Both the position numbers and the translations under genes were made by a program. A stretch of 64,000 nt of DNA from the NCBI RefSeq assembly GCF_018350175.1, contig NC_058368.1, forward strand, positions 79,300,001-79,364,000, read 5' to 3'. This document shows, piece by piece, positions 12,346 to 23,829 of the stretch. Position 1 is the stretch's first letter; every line of letters starts with the position of its first letter. Origin of the DNA: Felis catus. Its lineage: Eukaryota. The notes beneath the pieces were generated by a model that was not told the DNA's origin, searched no databases, and saw nothing but the letters and a program-made list of their open reading frames with translations.

Positions 12346-13029
12346 TGCATCATCAGGACTCAGCTTTCCAAGAACTAAGGCAGAAAGGAGACCTGTTGGA
12401 AAATCCAGACACGCTCATAGAGAAAATGGGGGCGTGTTCATTATTAGCATTTCACAACATACCCTTCCTGACCTCACACACGAATGAATGCACATCGTTT
12501 ACTTACAACGTGGGGAGAGTCGTTGCGTGTGGTTGAACATTCTTCTTCAACGTGACCGGAGTGGCTTGCAAAACTGTGCTTGTAAGAATATGCTGTCATC
12601 GATACACCCAGACCCCTGCTTCGGGATATTGAAATAGCCTCTAATTTTTTGCTATTGTGAATAGTCCTCTAAAAGAACATTCTTGTTATCCCACAGATAC
12701 ATTTCTAAACATGAATTTGCTGATTCAAAGAGAATCCAAAATTGGCTTGAAAACATAGTATGATATTGTAAGATTTTCCTTATTTAAACCCTGGCTTGCT
12801 CCGTGCTGTGGGCAATTTATATTTAGTTGAACATTTTCAAATCAAATACGTGCACACGGTAAACAATTTTAATCGGGCGGAAAGTCAGGAAATCACCAAC
12901 CTTGGAGCCCCCAGACCTCCAGAGGTCTGCCTCCCTGGATGCTGATGTGATCCCCAGATGTTGATGCGTATTTGCAGGTCTGGGTGATTACGGATACATC
13001 TTTTGCAAACGTTTTTGTAGAAAACTTAC

Positions 13030-13285
13030 CGTGGTCATTGGTTTCCTTTCTTTGAGGAGTAGAATTGTTGGCCGGTACAGTAGATATTTGTTCAACTTTT
13101 AAGAAACTCCCAAGTCATTCTCCACTGTGCCCTACCATTTTAGGCTCCAGCCAGCAATGCGAGAGTTTCTGTAAACCAACACCCTCACAATGATTTATTG
13201 ACAGACTTTTAGAAGAGCTGTGCTATTGGTTGTGAGGTGGCATCTCACCGCGGTTTGAGTATCATTTTCTAATGACTAATGAGGA
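13030..13285 (-). mobile_element. Ancient L1 (L1M) ORF2 3'-end fragment
   Basis: aggagtagaattgttgg...tttaagaaactccc...ccagcaatgcgagagtttct...gtggcatctcaccgcggtttga...ttctaatgactaatgag is typical antisense L1. Confidence 0.75.
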
Positions 13286-13485
13286 CACAGCATCCCAGGC
13301 AGAAGAAACAGCACTTGTGAAGTCCCCAAAGCAGAAAGGAGGTGCCTTTTGGAAAATTCCTGTACCTGATCTTAGAGAACATCCAGGCGTAAACATTACT
13401 AGCATTTCAGGTGGTTTATTTCCAGATCGCTCTCTGTCTCTCTCACATACACACACGTTTCGTTTAATGTAACATGGGGAATATC

Positions 13486-13807
13486 TGTTAGGGACTGAAT
13501 AGGTCCTTTCCAAATTAGTATGTTGGAGCCCTACCTCCCAATGTGAGGGCGTTGGGGGATGAGGCCCTTGGGAGGTAATTAGGTTTAGATGAGGTCAAGC
13601 GGGTGCGACGGGAGAGCCCCCTCTCTGCTTGCACGCACCAAGGAGGGGGCCGTGTGGGGACAGGACCCAAAAGCCCCCACCAGAACCGGACCATGCTGGC
13701 ACCTGAGCTCAGACTTCCAGTGTCCAGAGCCATGAGAGACAAATGATGGTTGTTGAAGCCATCCAATCGGTGGGACTTTGGGATAGTAGCTCCGGCTGGC
13801 TAAGGCA
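13486..13807 (+). mobile_element. MaLR solo LTR, MLT1A-like
   Basis: TG...CA termini (tgttagggactgaat ... gctaaggca); internal gggaggtaattaggtttagatgaggtca and accatgctggcacctgagctcagacttccag. Confidence 0.85.
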
Positions 13808-14918
13808 GCACCCTGGCCTGGGTGGTGGCCGAGTGCCCCGGGGGCTGGTGTGGGGCACTTTCTCTCTGCCTGCAGCATCCCCCACTGCCAACAGCTTCCC
13901 GGAGCTGCCCTTTCCCAGACCCAGCCACCCCTCCACCCCCCGCCCAACAGCATCACTTTGCCTTTGCCCACAGACCCTGGGCACTTTTTGGAGCTCTTAC
14001 ACTGCACACGCTCCTTCCCCTGGGTCCTGTCCCCAAATTCCAGCCACTCGGAAGCAGCCCCCCCCACCCTCATCTCCTGGGGCTCCCTTCCTTGCCTTTG
14101 GTCCACCAAGGGGCTGTGGGCAGAAAGGTGGTTGACCCAGGACCACCGTGTGTCTCTTTTCTGGGGCAACCCCGTTCTGCACTTGCGCTGTCCGCTGCAG
14201 CTGGAAATAGTTGCCTCTGCGATTTTGTGCAGCTTCGTAGTTACTTCTACCAGTTACTGTATGGCAGCCGAAAGTCCTTGTCTTCTTTTACTTATAAAAT
14301 CGTTCTGCTACTACAGACAAATCTTCAGTGGATGCGTATGTAGCTCTTTGCATTTTATTTGGCTGCTTACTGAAAGTAGTAACACTAACTAGTATATAGT
14401 TTTTGAAATTGGTCTCCTACTGTTACCATTTCTTTCAGCTGCATCCTGGCATGCTTCCAGTAAATGGGAAACTTTAGTTAATTAGTTTTGCAATTGAAAG
14501 CAACAGGTGTACATGGTATGCTTTTCCCCCTGCAGAGTCAACTAGAAGTATAATGAAAAGGCCACCTTGTCTCTGGAAGAAACTAGCATGAACAGTTTCT
14601 TATGTGTGTTTCAGAGGTTTCTATGTCTGTGAACACCTATACATGTATATATTTTTTCTCTTTGTTTTATGGTACAGATGAGAGTTTATTCTTTGCATTG
14701 TTGTGCATCTTTTAAAAGTTACACCATATCTCGAATAAATTTCCATACTTGCACAGATTTATCTAATCTTATTTTTTTAAAAAAAACAGCTCTACTTTCT
14801 AGATGTGCCATCATTTAACTAAGGAATTCATGTGGATGGACACTTACCGAGTTTGCACTTTCAGTATTTCAAACAATGCTACAAAGTAAATCCTTCATAC
14901 AAATACACAAGGTCACAA

Positions 14919-15143
14919 GGTGCCTGGGTGGCTCAGTGGGTTAAGCGTGCAAGTTCGGCTCAGGTCATGATCTCGCAGTTGGTGAGTTCGAGCCCCGCAT
15001 CTGGCTCTGTACTGACAGCTCAAAACCTGGATCCTGCTGTGGATTTTGTGTCTCCCTCTCTGTCTGCTCCTCCCCCACTCACACTCTGTCTCCCTCTCTC
15101 AAAAGTAAATAAAAATGTTAAAAACTAAAAAAAAAAAAATAAA
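14919..15143 (+). mobile_element. CanSINE
   Basis: Full body and poly-A; 20-bp TSD acaaata(c/t)acaag(g/c)tcacaa at 14899-14918 and 15144-15163. Confidence 0.96.
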
Positions 15144-16263
15144 ACAAATATACAAGCTCACAACGTGAAACTTCCAGGTCAAAGGAAATCTGTCTTTCAT
15201 ATTGTTAGGTATTCCCCAAAACGCTCTCCCAACAGAGTCTGCCGAGTTTCACACCCACCCAAGGCAGGTAAGACGCTTGTCCCACATCCTTATACATTGT
15301 GAAATATCGACTTCTCAGTCTTTGCTGATCTGAAAGACTAAAATAATATAGCATCTCCTTTCTATTTATTGTTACTTAATTATAAGTAAGGTATTGCCTA
15401 CTCCCCTTTCTTCATATTGGTATTTATTTAAGCTGCTTTTTGATGGCCTTTGAATAACAAACTTTCACGGGCCAAGCTGGGTCAGGCAGCTACAGAGAGT
15501 TGTATGAAACCGTGTGAACGAATCTCGTGAAGGGTGTGATTTACCCTCAAGAAGACGTTGCCGAAGTTGTATGGCTTTCTGCCATTTATGGGAGCTTGAT
15601 TTTAATAGATTTCATTCCCTAAATTCTTAATTCACATCATTTTTCTTTGTAGTGTTTGATGACACCAATGTTTTTCCTTCCTGTCATATACAAAATGGGT
15701 GTTAAGTCCTCCTTAGCCAATCTGGTTCTAAGAACAGCAACACCCTTCCATCACGTTTAGACCCCTGGATCTTCTGATGTCCCTGTACAGTCCAGGCACA
15801 GCCTCCTTCCCATGACTCAGGGGGCTCAGGTTGATGTTGGCTCTGCAAGGGTTGATGGGTTTGTGACAAGAAGCTGGGTCTCCCATTGGGATGGACAAAC
15901 CACGAAGACATCTCGGAGCAAGTGTTATCTGTGTGGCTCGTGAAGGGCCCAGCCCCAGCTCTTGTGGGATTGGAGCAAAGCTGACCACGGGCACTTGTTG
16001 CTTGGGGCTCCCTAGGGAGCTGCCTAGCAAGGCTCTGGGACGTACTCCGAAGACCATACTTGAAGTTGTGTAGACCGAGCCCTCAGACGGACTTCTGCCT
16101 CAAATCTTGGGCTCTGGCAGCCCCAGTATGTAGCAATTTGATTAACCTACACGTGATGTCACAAGAAGGAGAAAATGCTATAAATGGCACATGGCATCTC
16201 CAAGGCTGCAGAATGAGCCTTGGTACCACTGGCAATATTTCCTGGCCAAAAGAAGGTCCAAGG

Positions 16264-16478
16264 TAGGGGCTCAATTCGTTAAGCATCCATCTTCAGATCA
16301 GGTCATGATCTCACAGTTCGTGAGTTCGAGCCCTACACCGGGCTCTGTGCTGACAGCTCAGAGCCTGGAGCCTGCTTCGGATTCTGTGTCTCCCTCTCTC
16401 TCTGCCCCTCCCCTGCTCACGCTCTGTCTCTCTCTGTGTCTCAAAAATGCGTAAATATTAAAAAAGAAGGAGAAGAAG
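16264..16478 (+). mobile_element. CanSINE (5'-shortened, GAA-rich tail)
   Basis: TSD aagaaggtccaagg at 16250-16263 and 16479-16492. Confidence 0.93.
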
Positions 16479-17145
16479 AAGAAGGTCCAAGGCAGAGAAG
16501 ACCAGGCTGAACCATAGGTGCAACCACTCATGTAAGTCCGTAAGCCCTCACTCACCTCATTAATCTAGTGATCCGAACATCAGACATTGCCACCTCCTAT
16601 GAATAGGCTTTTTTTGGTGAATTCTCAAATAGCCTCTGAGTCTCCATGTGGCTTCATAATTGTGACCTTATAACAGTTACCATGGAAAGAATTCCTAGAT
16701 TATAAATAATGACAATGTGAGTTTCCTAGTTACCAAGTATATTTATAAAATGAATTCCAAAGGTACATGACATTTAATTCCAGCCTATTTTTAGAAACCA
16801 AAAGATAATAAAGTAACATACCTTTTTTTTTTTGCCCAGAAAGAAAGAATTGTACTATTTCTCCAAATCTAGTTATAGAACATTAGATCTATATGGCTAT
16901 TGGCAAAAATTAAGGGTTTTTAGTAATACACTATTCTTGGAGGTTTAAGAAAAGCATTTACAATGACATAGATTGCAGTGTTAAATCAAGTTACTATGAC
17001 CATGTATCAGAATTAGATTCATAAAAGTAATCTTGGCTGGAAACAATGTAGCATCCTTCAATTTTCTCATCAGACACTTAAATTAGGAGAACAAACATGC
17101 CTTCTATGTTGCAAAGTACTTTTTTAATAAAAATCACTATCTTTT

Positions 17146-17370
17146 GGGGCGTCTGGGTGGCTCAGTTGGTTAACTGCTGACTTTGGCTCAGGTCATGATC
17201 TCAGGGTTCATGAGTTCAAGTCCTGCCATCGGGCTCTGTGCTGACAGCCTGGAGCCTGGAGCCTGTTTCGGATTCTGTGTCTCCCTCTCTCTCTGCCCCT
17301 CCCCTGCTCTGTCTCTGTCTCTCAAAACTCAATAAACGTTAAAAAAAAAAAAAAAAAAACAGAACAAAAC
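17146..17370 (+). mobile_element. CanSINE
   Basis: Head ggggcgtctgggtggctcag, (CT)n tract and long poly-A. Confidence 0.95.
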
Positions 17371-17865
17371 GAAACACTATTTCTTATGCAGAGCTCTTGA
17401 AAGCAGAGGCTTACCTGGTCAGAGGAGTCACGAACCAGAAAAGGGTAGTGAGGCTTCCCAAGGAATACCTCACAGAAGGAAAGCCACTACCTAAATGGGC
17501 TTTAAGCCACTTTTTAATGCACTGCAGAGACATGAGTTGAAAGAAGGTATTAAGGCAATGGAAACGCAGTAACTTTTATGTCCTGCCTAATATTTTGTCT
17601 TTTCCGAACGTTATTCCAGGAGATGCTTCAAGGAAATTGATTCTTCAGCTTGGCTGCCATGTCTCCTAATTGGGAAATTTTCTCCCTTCTGAATCTTAAA
17701 TTGAGCCCCACCTTTCCTCTTCTACCCTGAAACGTGACGTTCAGGAAATTAATGACTAGAGCCTCTGGCATTAAAACTCTTCTCCTCCTAGGGATGTTTA
17801 GTGCATCGCATATTATATATTTGCAAGCTTTGGGGGTTCAATTTCAATAAATATTTATTAAACAC

Positions 17866-18365
17866 TGTATCCTTTTCCTGCGGCTGCTATAGCAAATTAC
17901 TACAAACTTAGTGGCTCGAAAGAACATAAATTTACCATCTAACTGTTCAGTAAGTCAGAGTCTGACAGGGACCCGCTGGGCCACACTAGGAGTGTCCCTG
18001 CTGCTCTGGGATGGCTGCTTTGGGAGGCTCTAGGGAAGAACCTTGTGTCTTATCTCTGCTGTTTCCGGAGGCTTCCGCCTCCCACGGCTCATGGCTCCCT
18101 TCCTCCATCTGCAAAGCCAGCAATGACGAATTGGGTCCTTCTCACATCACGCTTGGACCTCTGCCATCGTCACCTCTCCCTCTTATGAGGACTCTTGTGA
18201 TTACCCTGGGCCCACCTAGATAATCCAGGATAATCTCCCCATCTCAGGGAGATTAATTTGATTGCATCCACAAAGCCTCATTTGCGATGAAGATAACAAC
18301 CCATAGGTCCTGGAGATTGGTCCATGGATACATGTGGACACTTGGGAAACTGTTCTGCCTCCAGT
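17866..18365 (-). mobile_element. MaLR solo LTR, MLT1D-like
   Basis: tgtatccttttcctgcggctgctatagcaaattactacaaacttagtggc...ggaggctctagggaagaa...gggcccacctagataatccaggataatctccccatctca matches the recalled antisense MLT1C/D. Confidence 0.85.
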
Positions 18366-18376
18366 AGCATTGTTTT

Positions 18377-18629
18377 CTCCTCATCCTCCCCCTCTCCCTC
18401 CCCCTCCTCCTTCTCTTCCTCCTCGTCCTCCTCCTCCTTTTTGAGAGAGAGAGAGAGAGAGAGAGAGCGCGCTGGGGAAAACGTGAGAGAAAGAGAAACA
18501 GAACCTTAAGCAGGCTCCTCGCTTAGCAGGGATATCAACGCAGGGCTCGATCCCAGGACCCTGGGATCATGATCTGAGCCGAAATCCAGAGTCGGACACT
18601 GAAATCCAACTGAGCCACCCATGTGCCCC
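18377..18629 (-). mobile_element. Older CanSINE with a (GGA)-rich tail
   Basis: Head ...gagccacccatgtgcccc at 18629; TSD agcattg(t/a)ttt at 18366 and 18630 encloses a CCT-rich tract at 18377-18437. Confidence 0.85.
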
Positions 18630-19214
18630 AGCATTGATTTATTCTTTCAAAAAAAAAAAAAGTTTCTTGAATACCCAAGGTGTGTTCAATACAGCTGAGC
18701 AGACGAATAGAATACTGAAATATTCTATTTCTATTTCTAGAATAAATAGTGTTCTATTTCTAATACTGAAATAACGGATCATGCTTTATATAGTCACAAT
18801 CAAAGCAAATACTAACTAGCTCAGATAAGAGACAGGGTCTCTGTGTTCACCCAACACTCGCTCTGTCCACTGGGTCCAGCCCTCTTCCCAGGCTTCTCCC
18901 GCGTCTTCCTTCTTGTATCTGTATCTGTTGCAGTCTTAAGCATTCTTCTCCACCAAAGATCAGTTCTCCAAGTCCTGCAAAGCAAAGGTGGAGATGTGCT
19001 GAGTACACAGTGGGGAATGCAAACTGGTAGTTACTTCGTACCACTGCATAAGGCTGGGAATGGAATCCCAGCACCCTTCTTGTTTTTCCCTATGTGTTAA
19101 TCGTTTTGTTCTTTCTTGTTTTCTAAGTCTGTAGGAAGTCACACTGCTGTAAAATTAAAAAGTATTTTTAACTGAGTCTAATAGTCACATTAATCAGTTT
19201 AATTAATAGCAGGT

Positions 19215-19448
19215 GCGCCTGCAGGGCGCCTGGGTGGCTCAGTCGGTTAAGCATCCGACTTTGGCTCAGGTCACGATCTCATGGTTTGTGAGTTAGAACC
19301 CCCCGTCGGGCTCTGTGTTGACAGCTCAGAGGCTGGAGCTTGCTTCCAATTCTGTGCCCCCCTCTCTCTCTCACCCTCCCCCCTGCTCATGCTCTCTCTC
19401 TCTCTCTCTCTCTCTTTCAAAAATAAATAAACATTAAACATTAAAAAA
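19215..19448 (+). mobile_element. CanSINE
   Basis: TSD aatagcaggt at 19205-19214 and 19449-19458. Confidence 0.96.
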
Positions 19449-20097
19449 AATAGCAGGTAACTTCTCCAAGTTACAGCTCAATATTAGCTTCATAGTGAGG
19501 AATAAATGAATATGAATTTTATAATGATGCAGGTTACAGGTCAAGTCGAGCTGCAGAAGGAGGTAACTGCTGGCAATGGCATGCTTTCCTGCCTTCTGAG
19601 CGCTGTCACCTTTAAGACAGCCTCAAATGCTCGAGATCGAATTGGGACAGATCTGGAGGCCAAACCTTAAAGAAAAAATAACAATAAAAGAAGAATCATC
19701 ACCATATTCTGAGCAGTCCAGTGAAATGAAGTCAATTATCTAAAGTCTTACAGGGTTTGGATTTATGAGACACAGAAATGACCATCCTATGTTGGAACAA
19801 TGACACAGCAGGTTCTCTGAATGACCAGGACATTGGGTAAAGTTCAACCAATGTCCACCTAACTACAGTAGACTCTAATGCCAACATCTTTACCACCAAT
19901 AACAGTGGTACCTGGTAGGATGTAGACTTGGAAGTCGGATCGGCACGCTTTGGGTCCTAGATAGCACCAAGAACCCATGGAAACTTGGACAAATGCCTTA
20001 ATTTTGGTATGAATTTTTTGTTGTCAAATGAGGATCTCGAGCTACTGTAAATGAATTTTAAGATTTTTTTTCACTTAAAAAGTATATGTTTGGTCTA

Positions 20098-21255
20098 CAA
20101 TGCCCAAATATTTTGGGTCTCAGGTCACTTTTATACCCTTACAAAATCATTGATAATTCCAAAAAGCTCTCGTTTATGTCGATTCTATCTACTAGTACCT
20201 TCAGTGTTAGATAATAGAGCATAGAAAAGATTGTAAATATTTATGAAGTTATTTGCAATTAATAAGACATCTATTACATGGTAGCATAAATAACATATGC
20301 CTATGAAAAATAACTAAAAAACAAAACATTTCTTGCTAAGATGGCCATTGTTTGACATTTTAAAAAATTCTTTTAATGCCTGGCTGAATAAAAAGAAATT
20401 GGATTCTTATATCTGCTCCTAAATGAGTCTGTTGTTATATCAAAGGTCATGGAAACTTTGGAAAACACCTAGCGTATATATACCCTTATTCAACAAAGAG
20501 AGTAAAAAGGCAAATGATATTGTAATATTAATGCAAAACCTGTGGGTTTTTTCTTCTTTTCTTAAGTTTAAGTTCAAGTGAGTTAACATACCATACAGTC
20601 TTAGTTTCAGGAACAGAACCCAGCGATCCCTCCCTTATACATGACATCCAGTACTCATCCTAACAAGTGCCCTCCTTAATGCCCATCCCCCATGTAGCCC
20701 ACCCCCCACCTGCCTCCTCTCCAACAACCCTCAGTTTGTTCTCTGTATTTAAGAGTCTCTTATGTTTTACCTCCATCTCTGTTTTTATCTTATCTTTCCT
20801 TTCCTTCCCCTATGCTCATCTGTTTTGTGTCTTAAATTCCACATATGAGAGAAATCATACGACATTTATCTTTCTCTGCCTGACTTATTTTGCTTAGCAT
20901 AATACCATCTAGTTTCATCCACGTTGTTGCAAATGGCAAGATTTCATTCTTTCCATTCCGTTGTATATAATACATATATAATATATATTATAATAATATA
21001 TAATATTTCATTATATATATATATGTATATATATATATATACACCACATCTTCTTTATCCATTTGTCAGTTGACGGACATTGGGCTCTTTCCATAACTTG
21101 GCTATTGTTGATAGTGCTGCTATAAACATTGGGGTATGTGTGTCCCTTTGAATCAGCATTTTTGTATCCTTTGGATAAATATCTCGTATTGCAATTGCTG
21201 GAAAAAGTAGGTCTGTACTCTCAGAAACCGTAACGGTATCTCAGGGCCCCCCCAA
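20098..21255. mobile_element. Charlie1b-like hAT transposon relic, interrupted by an L1 at about 20550-21200
   Basis: ttttgggtctcagg...taaataacatatgcctatgaaaaataacta...tcttttaatgcctggctgaata...ggattcttatatctgct...gagagtaaaaaggcaaatga before the L1; similarity resumes after it (tctcagggcccccc). Confidence 0.65.
20550..21200 (-). mobile_element. 5'-truncated carnivore L1 (3' UTR and ORF2 end), with internal (TA)n
   Basis: caagtgccctccttaatgcccatc, caaccctcagtttgttctctgtatttaagagtctcttatg, attccacatatgagagaaatcata, catccacgttgttgcaaatggcaagatttcattc, gctgctataaacattggggt. Confidence 0.93.
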
Positions 21256-23206
21256 GATGTTTTGTCATCAGGAGTCAGCAATGCCTCCCACTGTTGAAGC
21301 AGGACACATCGAAGTCTGGTTCATTGACCTGCAGTGTTGACCCTTGTTTTTGATATGAAAACCATAGCTCAACAGTCCAGCAAGTTCTTCAAGGTCAAAA
21401 CAACACGGTGGCTTTTCCCATTCTTTGTTTTGCTTTTCATCCTAATATTCCCAGTTGCAAGGTAGCTGTCCTGAATCCGAGCATCACAGCGCGACTTTAC
21501 TGGTTCTTTACCTCCTGGAGGGGTTTTGTAAAAGCAAAGAAACAGTTCCCAAATACCCAGCGAATCTTCTCTTTAACGTCCTTGGCTGCATTCGCACCAC
21601 ACACCCTTGCCCAAACTCAACTCTAGAGAGAAGGATCAGTCCCTAGGGTTGGCTTAAGAAAGAGCCATCCCCAGAAGTGGGTTTGGCCCTATGGTACCCT
21701 AGGTTGTGGCCACGCTGACGAGAGTATGCGCTTTCCAACAAAGGAGAACTGGACACTGCGAGAAGGCAGGCGACCCCCTGCTGCTGCCCCCAAGGGATTC
21801 GAGAAGTGTAAGGTCTGATACAGTCAAGGCATTACAAGTGGAGGAGTATTCCAAGTCCCTCAGGGATAAGGTGAGCCAATTATTCATCGCACCAACGCTC
21901 CTTTCTGCATGACTTCCAAATCATCGCCTTCATGCTTGGGTTGCACAACATCCAACAGAATTTAGTACTATTTCAAGGCTTAGTTACAATTCATGAAAAG
22001 TGTTAGAAAAGTGCGAGGACCTCCTTCCCACAGCTAATTTTTCAGCATCCATCACATGTACTGTTTCCGCGAGAAGCTAGAACTTCAAATAAAGAAACGT
22101 CAGTTTGGGGCTAGTTTATTTATTTATTTTTCTGTTCTGCTTATTTTTGGATTCATGTTAGAATTTATGCTGACTTTTCTAAATATGTTTATAAACGTCT
22201 GTAGTTCTTTATTATTTTTATTTCAAGCTTAAATAAACTGTGTATCCTGCCCTTAGCTATTTGATGCGACAAGGCGATTTCAAGTTGAAAAAGCAATGGC
22301 AAGTAGTTCCTGAGGCTTATTAGCGTCTTATTGTGGGCATAATTCTTCTTTTTCATCTTCCACTGTGATTACCTATTCAAAGGAAGCACTTAGTCTCCAC
22401 TTAAAACATAGGAAGACTTTCCATTACCATCCACTGGAAGATTGTGAGCCAAGCAGTAAGAGACTTCATAAGCACAGTACAAATGCCCTAAAGCAGCACA
22501 TAAGAAGCCACAGCCCCTCCATCCCAAAAGGCCATGTGAAAATCCTGATTTTTTTTCCGAATAATCAATCACAAAAATAATTTTCCCATGCTTAAAATGT
22601 GTGCAACACAGTGAGAGTTTCTAAAAAACAAACAAACAAAACAAAACAAGACAAAAACTCACTTTAGGCTAAAAATAGCAACTGACATGCCAAGGTACAT
22701 TCATGAGTGTTTACTCCTAATGAATCTTTAACAGACACCACAGTGATTAGAGTCTAACCTCACCCCTTTGAAGTCAACAAAACCCAGGGCATCAACTTTC
22801 TCCAATCACGGGACGCTTTGATCAGCTCTCGGGAGGAGAATCTGGGGGGTATGTAGCAAAGTTCCTATATTCATGCAGAGCAGATGTGGGTTTACACAAA
22901 TAACTATGGAGAGCTAGGAATCTTTCAGAAATTAGGCAGATATTTTGTCCTGATATTGCCTATCAGCACCGGCAAAACATGGGACTAGGTTCTGCATCAC
23001 ATGATTTGGAGAAAGTCTTCCCTGAACTCTTACACTCATTGAAATGACATTTTATGGCTTCCGTTTAATTTTTTGGTAAGAGTAAGAAAGCGTTACTGTA
23101 ATCTGCAAAGCCTTGGTGCATCTGATTTTGAAATCTGCCTCCAGCACGGCTGTTTCTTCTGGTGTCCATCCATGTGCTGGAAGAGAGGCTCCACACAGGA
23201 CCTTGG

Positions 23207-23583
23207 TGCAGTTGCCATGAGAATGCACCCCTCGGACTTCCTACTACAGAAGCATAAATGGCTGGTGCTCCAGCTTCTGTATGCATGACCACAATCGCCA
23301 CCCACAGGTTATTCAGAGACAACCAACAAGCCTGGCGGGCTCTCCCCATAACACGCAACACACAGTCATTGGCAACTTTAGTTCAAGTCTTCTCTTGGAA
23401 GGGTCTTCCCCGTGGCCCAAGATTCCTCCTACCCAGCTCTCCCTCCCTCCCCCCGCCTTTCACAGGTGTCAGATCCACACGTGACCCACATGCCCTACTC
23501 CATACCAGCACCCAGCGCTATCATTCTCCTGCATGTCTAGTCCTGTCTTGGTGTCTGCATCTAGGCAGATCTGGATGAACTCA
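23207..23583 (+). mobile_element. ERV-L LTR, LTR33-like (5' LTR)
   Basis: Starts tgcagttgccatgagaatgc; internal cctacccagctctccctccctccc...tttcacaggtgtcaga; ends gcatgtctagtcctgtcttggtgtctgcatct...gaactca, like the recalled LTR33 3' end. Confidence 0.7.
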
Positions 23584-23829
23584 CTATGCTTCCTGGACGT
23601 TGACCAGAAGACACCATACTTGAACAGAATGTGAAGCCTCTGGTGAATTATAAACACAAAAATAGGCTCAAAATATGAATTACAGAATTTTCAAGGTGTA
23701 AAGTTTTATCATCGCCTGATACATGCACAAGAAAGAAGTTAACAAAGGATTGGCCGACAAAAGACCTTCAACAACTGCACACTAAAAACTTGTGAATGTT
23801 CGAGAACTTGTTTTGGATGCAGTTGGGTC

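Noticed and set aside
13585..14392. Stack of overlapping 90-194 aa ORFs
   Set aside because: GC-rich stop-poor sequence partly within an MLT1A LTR, open on both strands, with no homology I can recognise.
17415..17521. Minus-strand pseudo-exon with one open frame (CIKKWLKAHLGSGFPS...)
   Set aside because: Splice signals are plausible but the peptide is unrecognisable and there is no supporting neighbouring exon.
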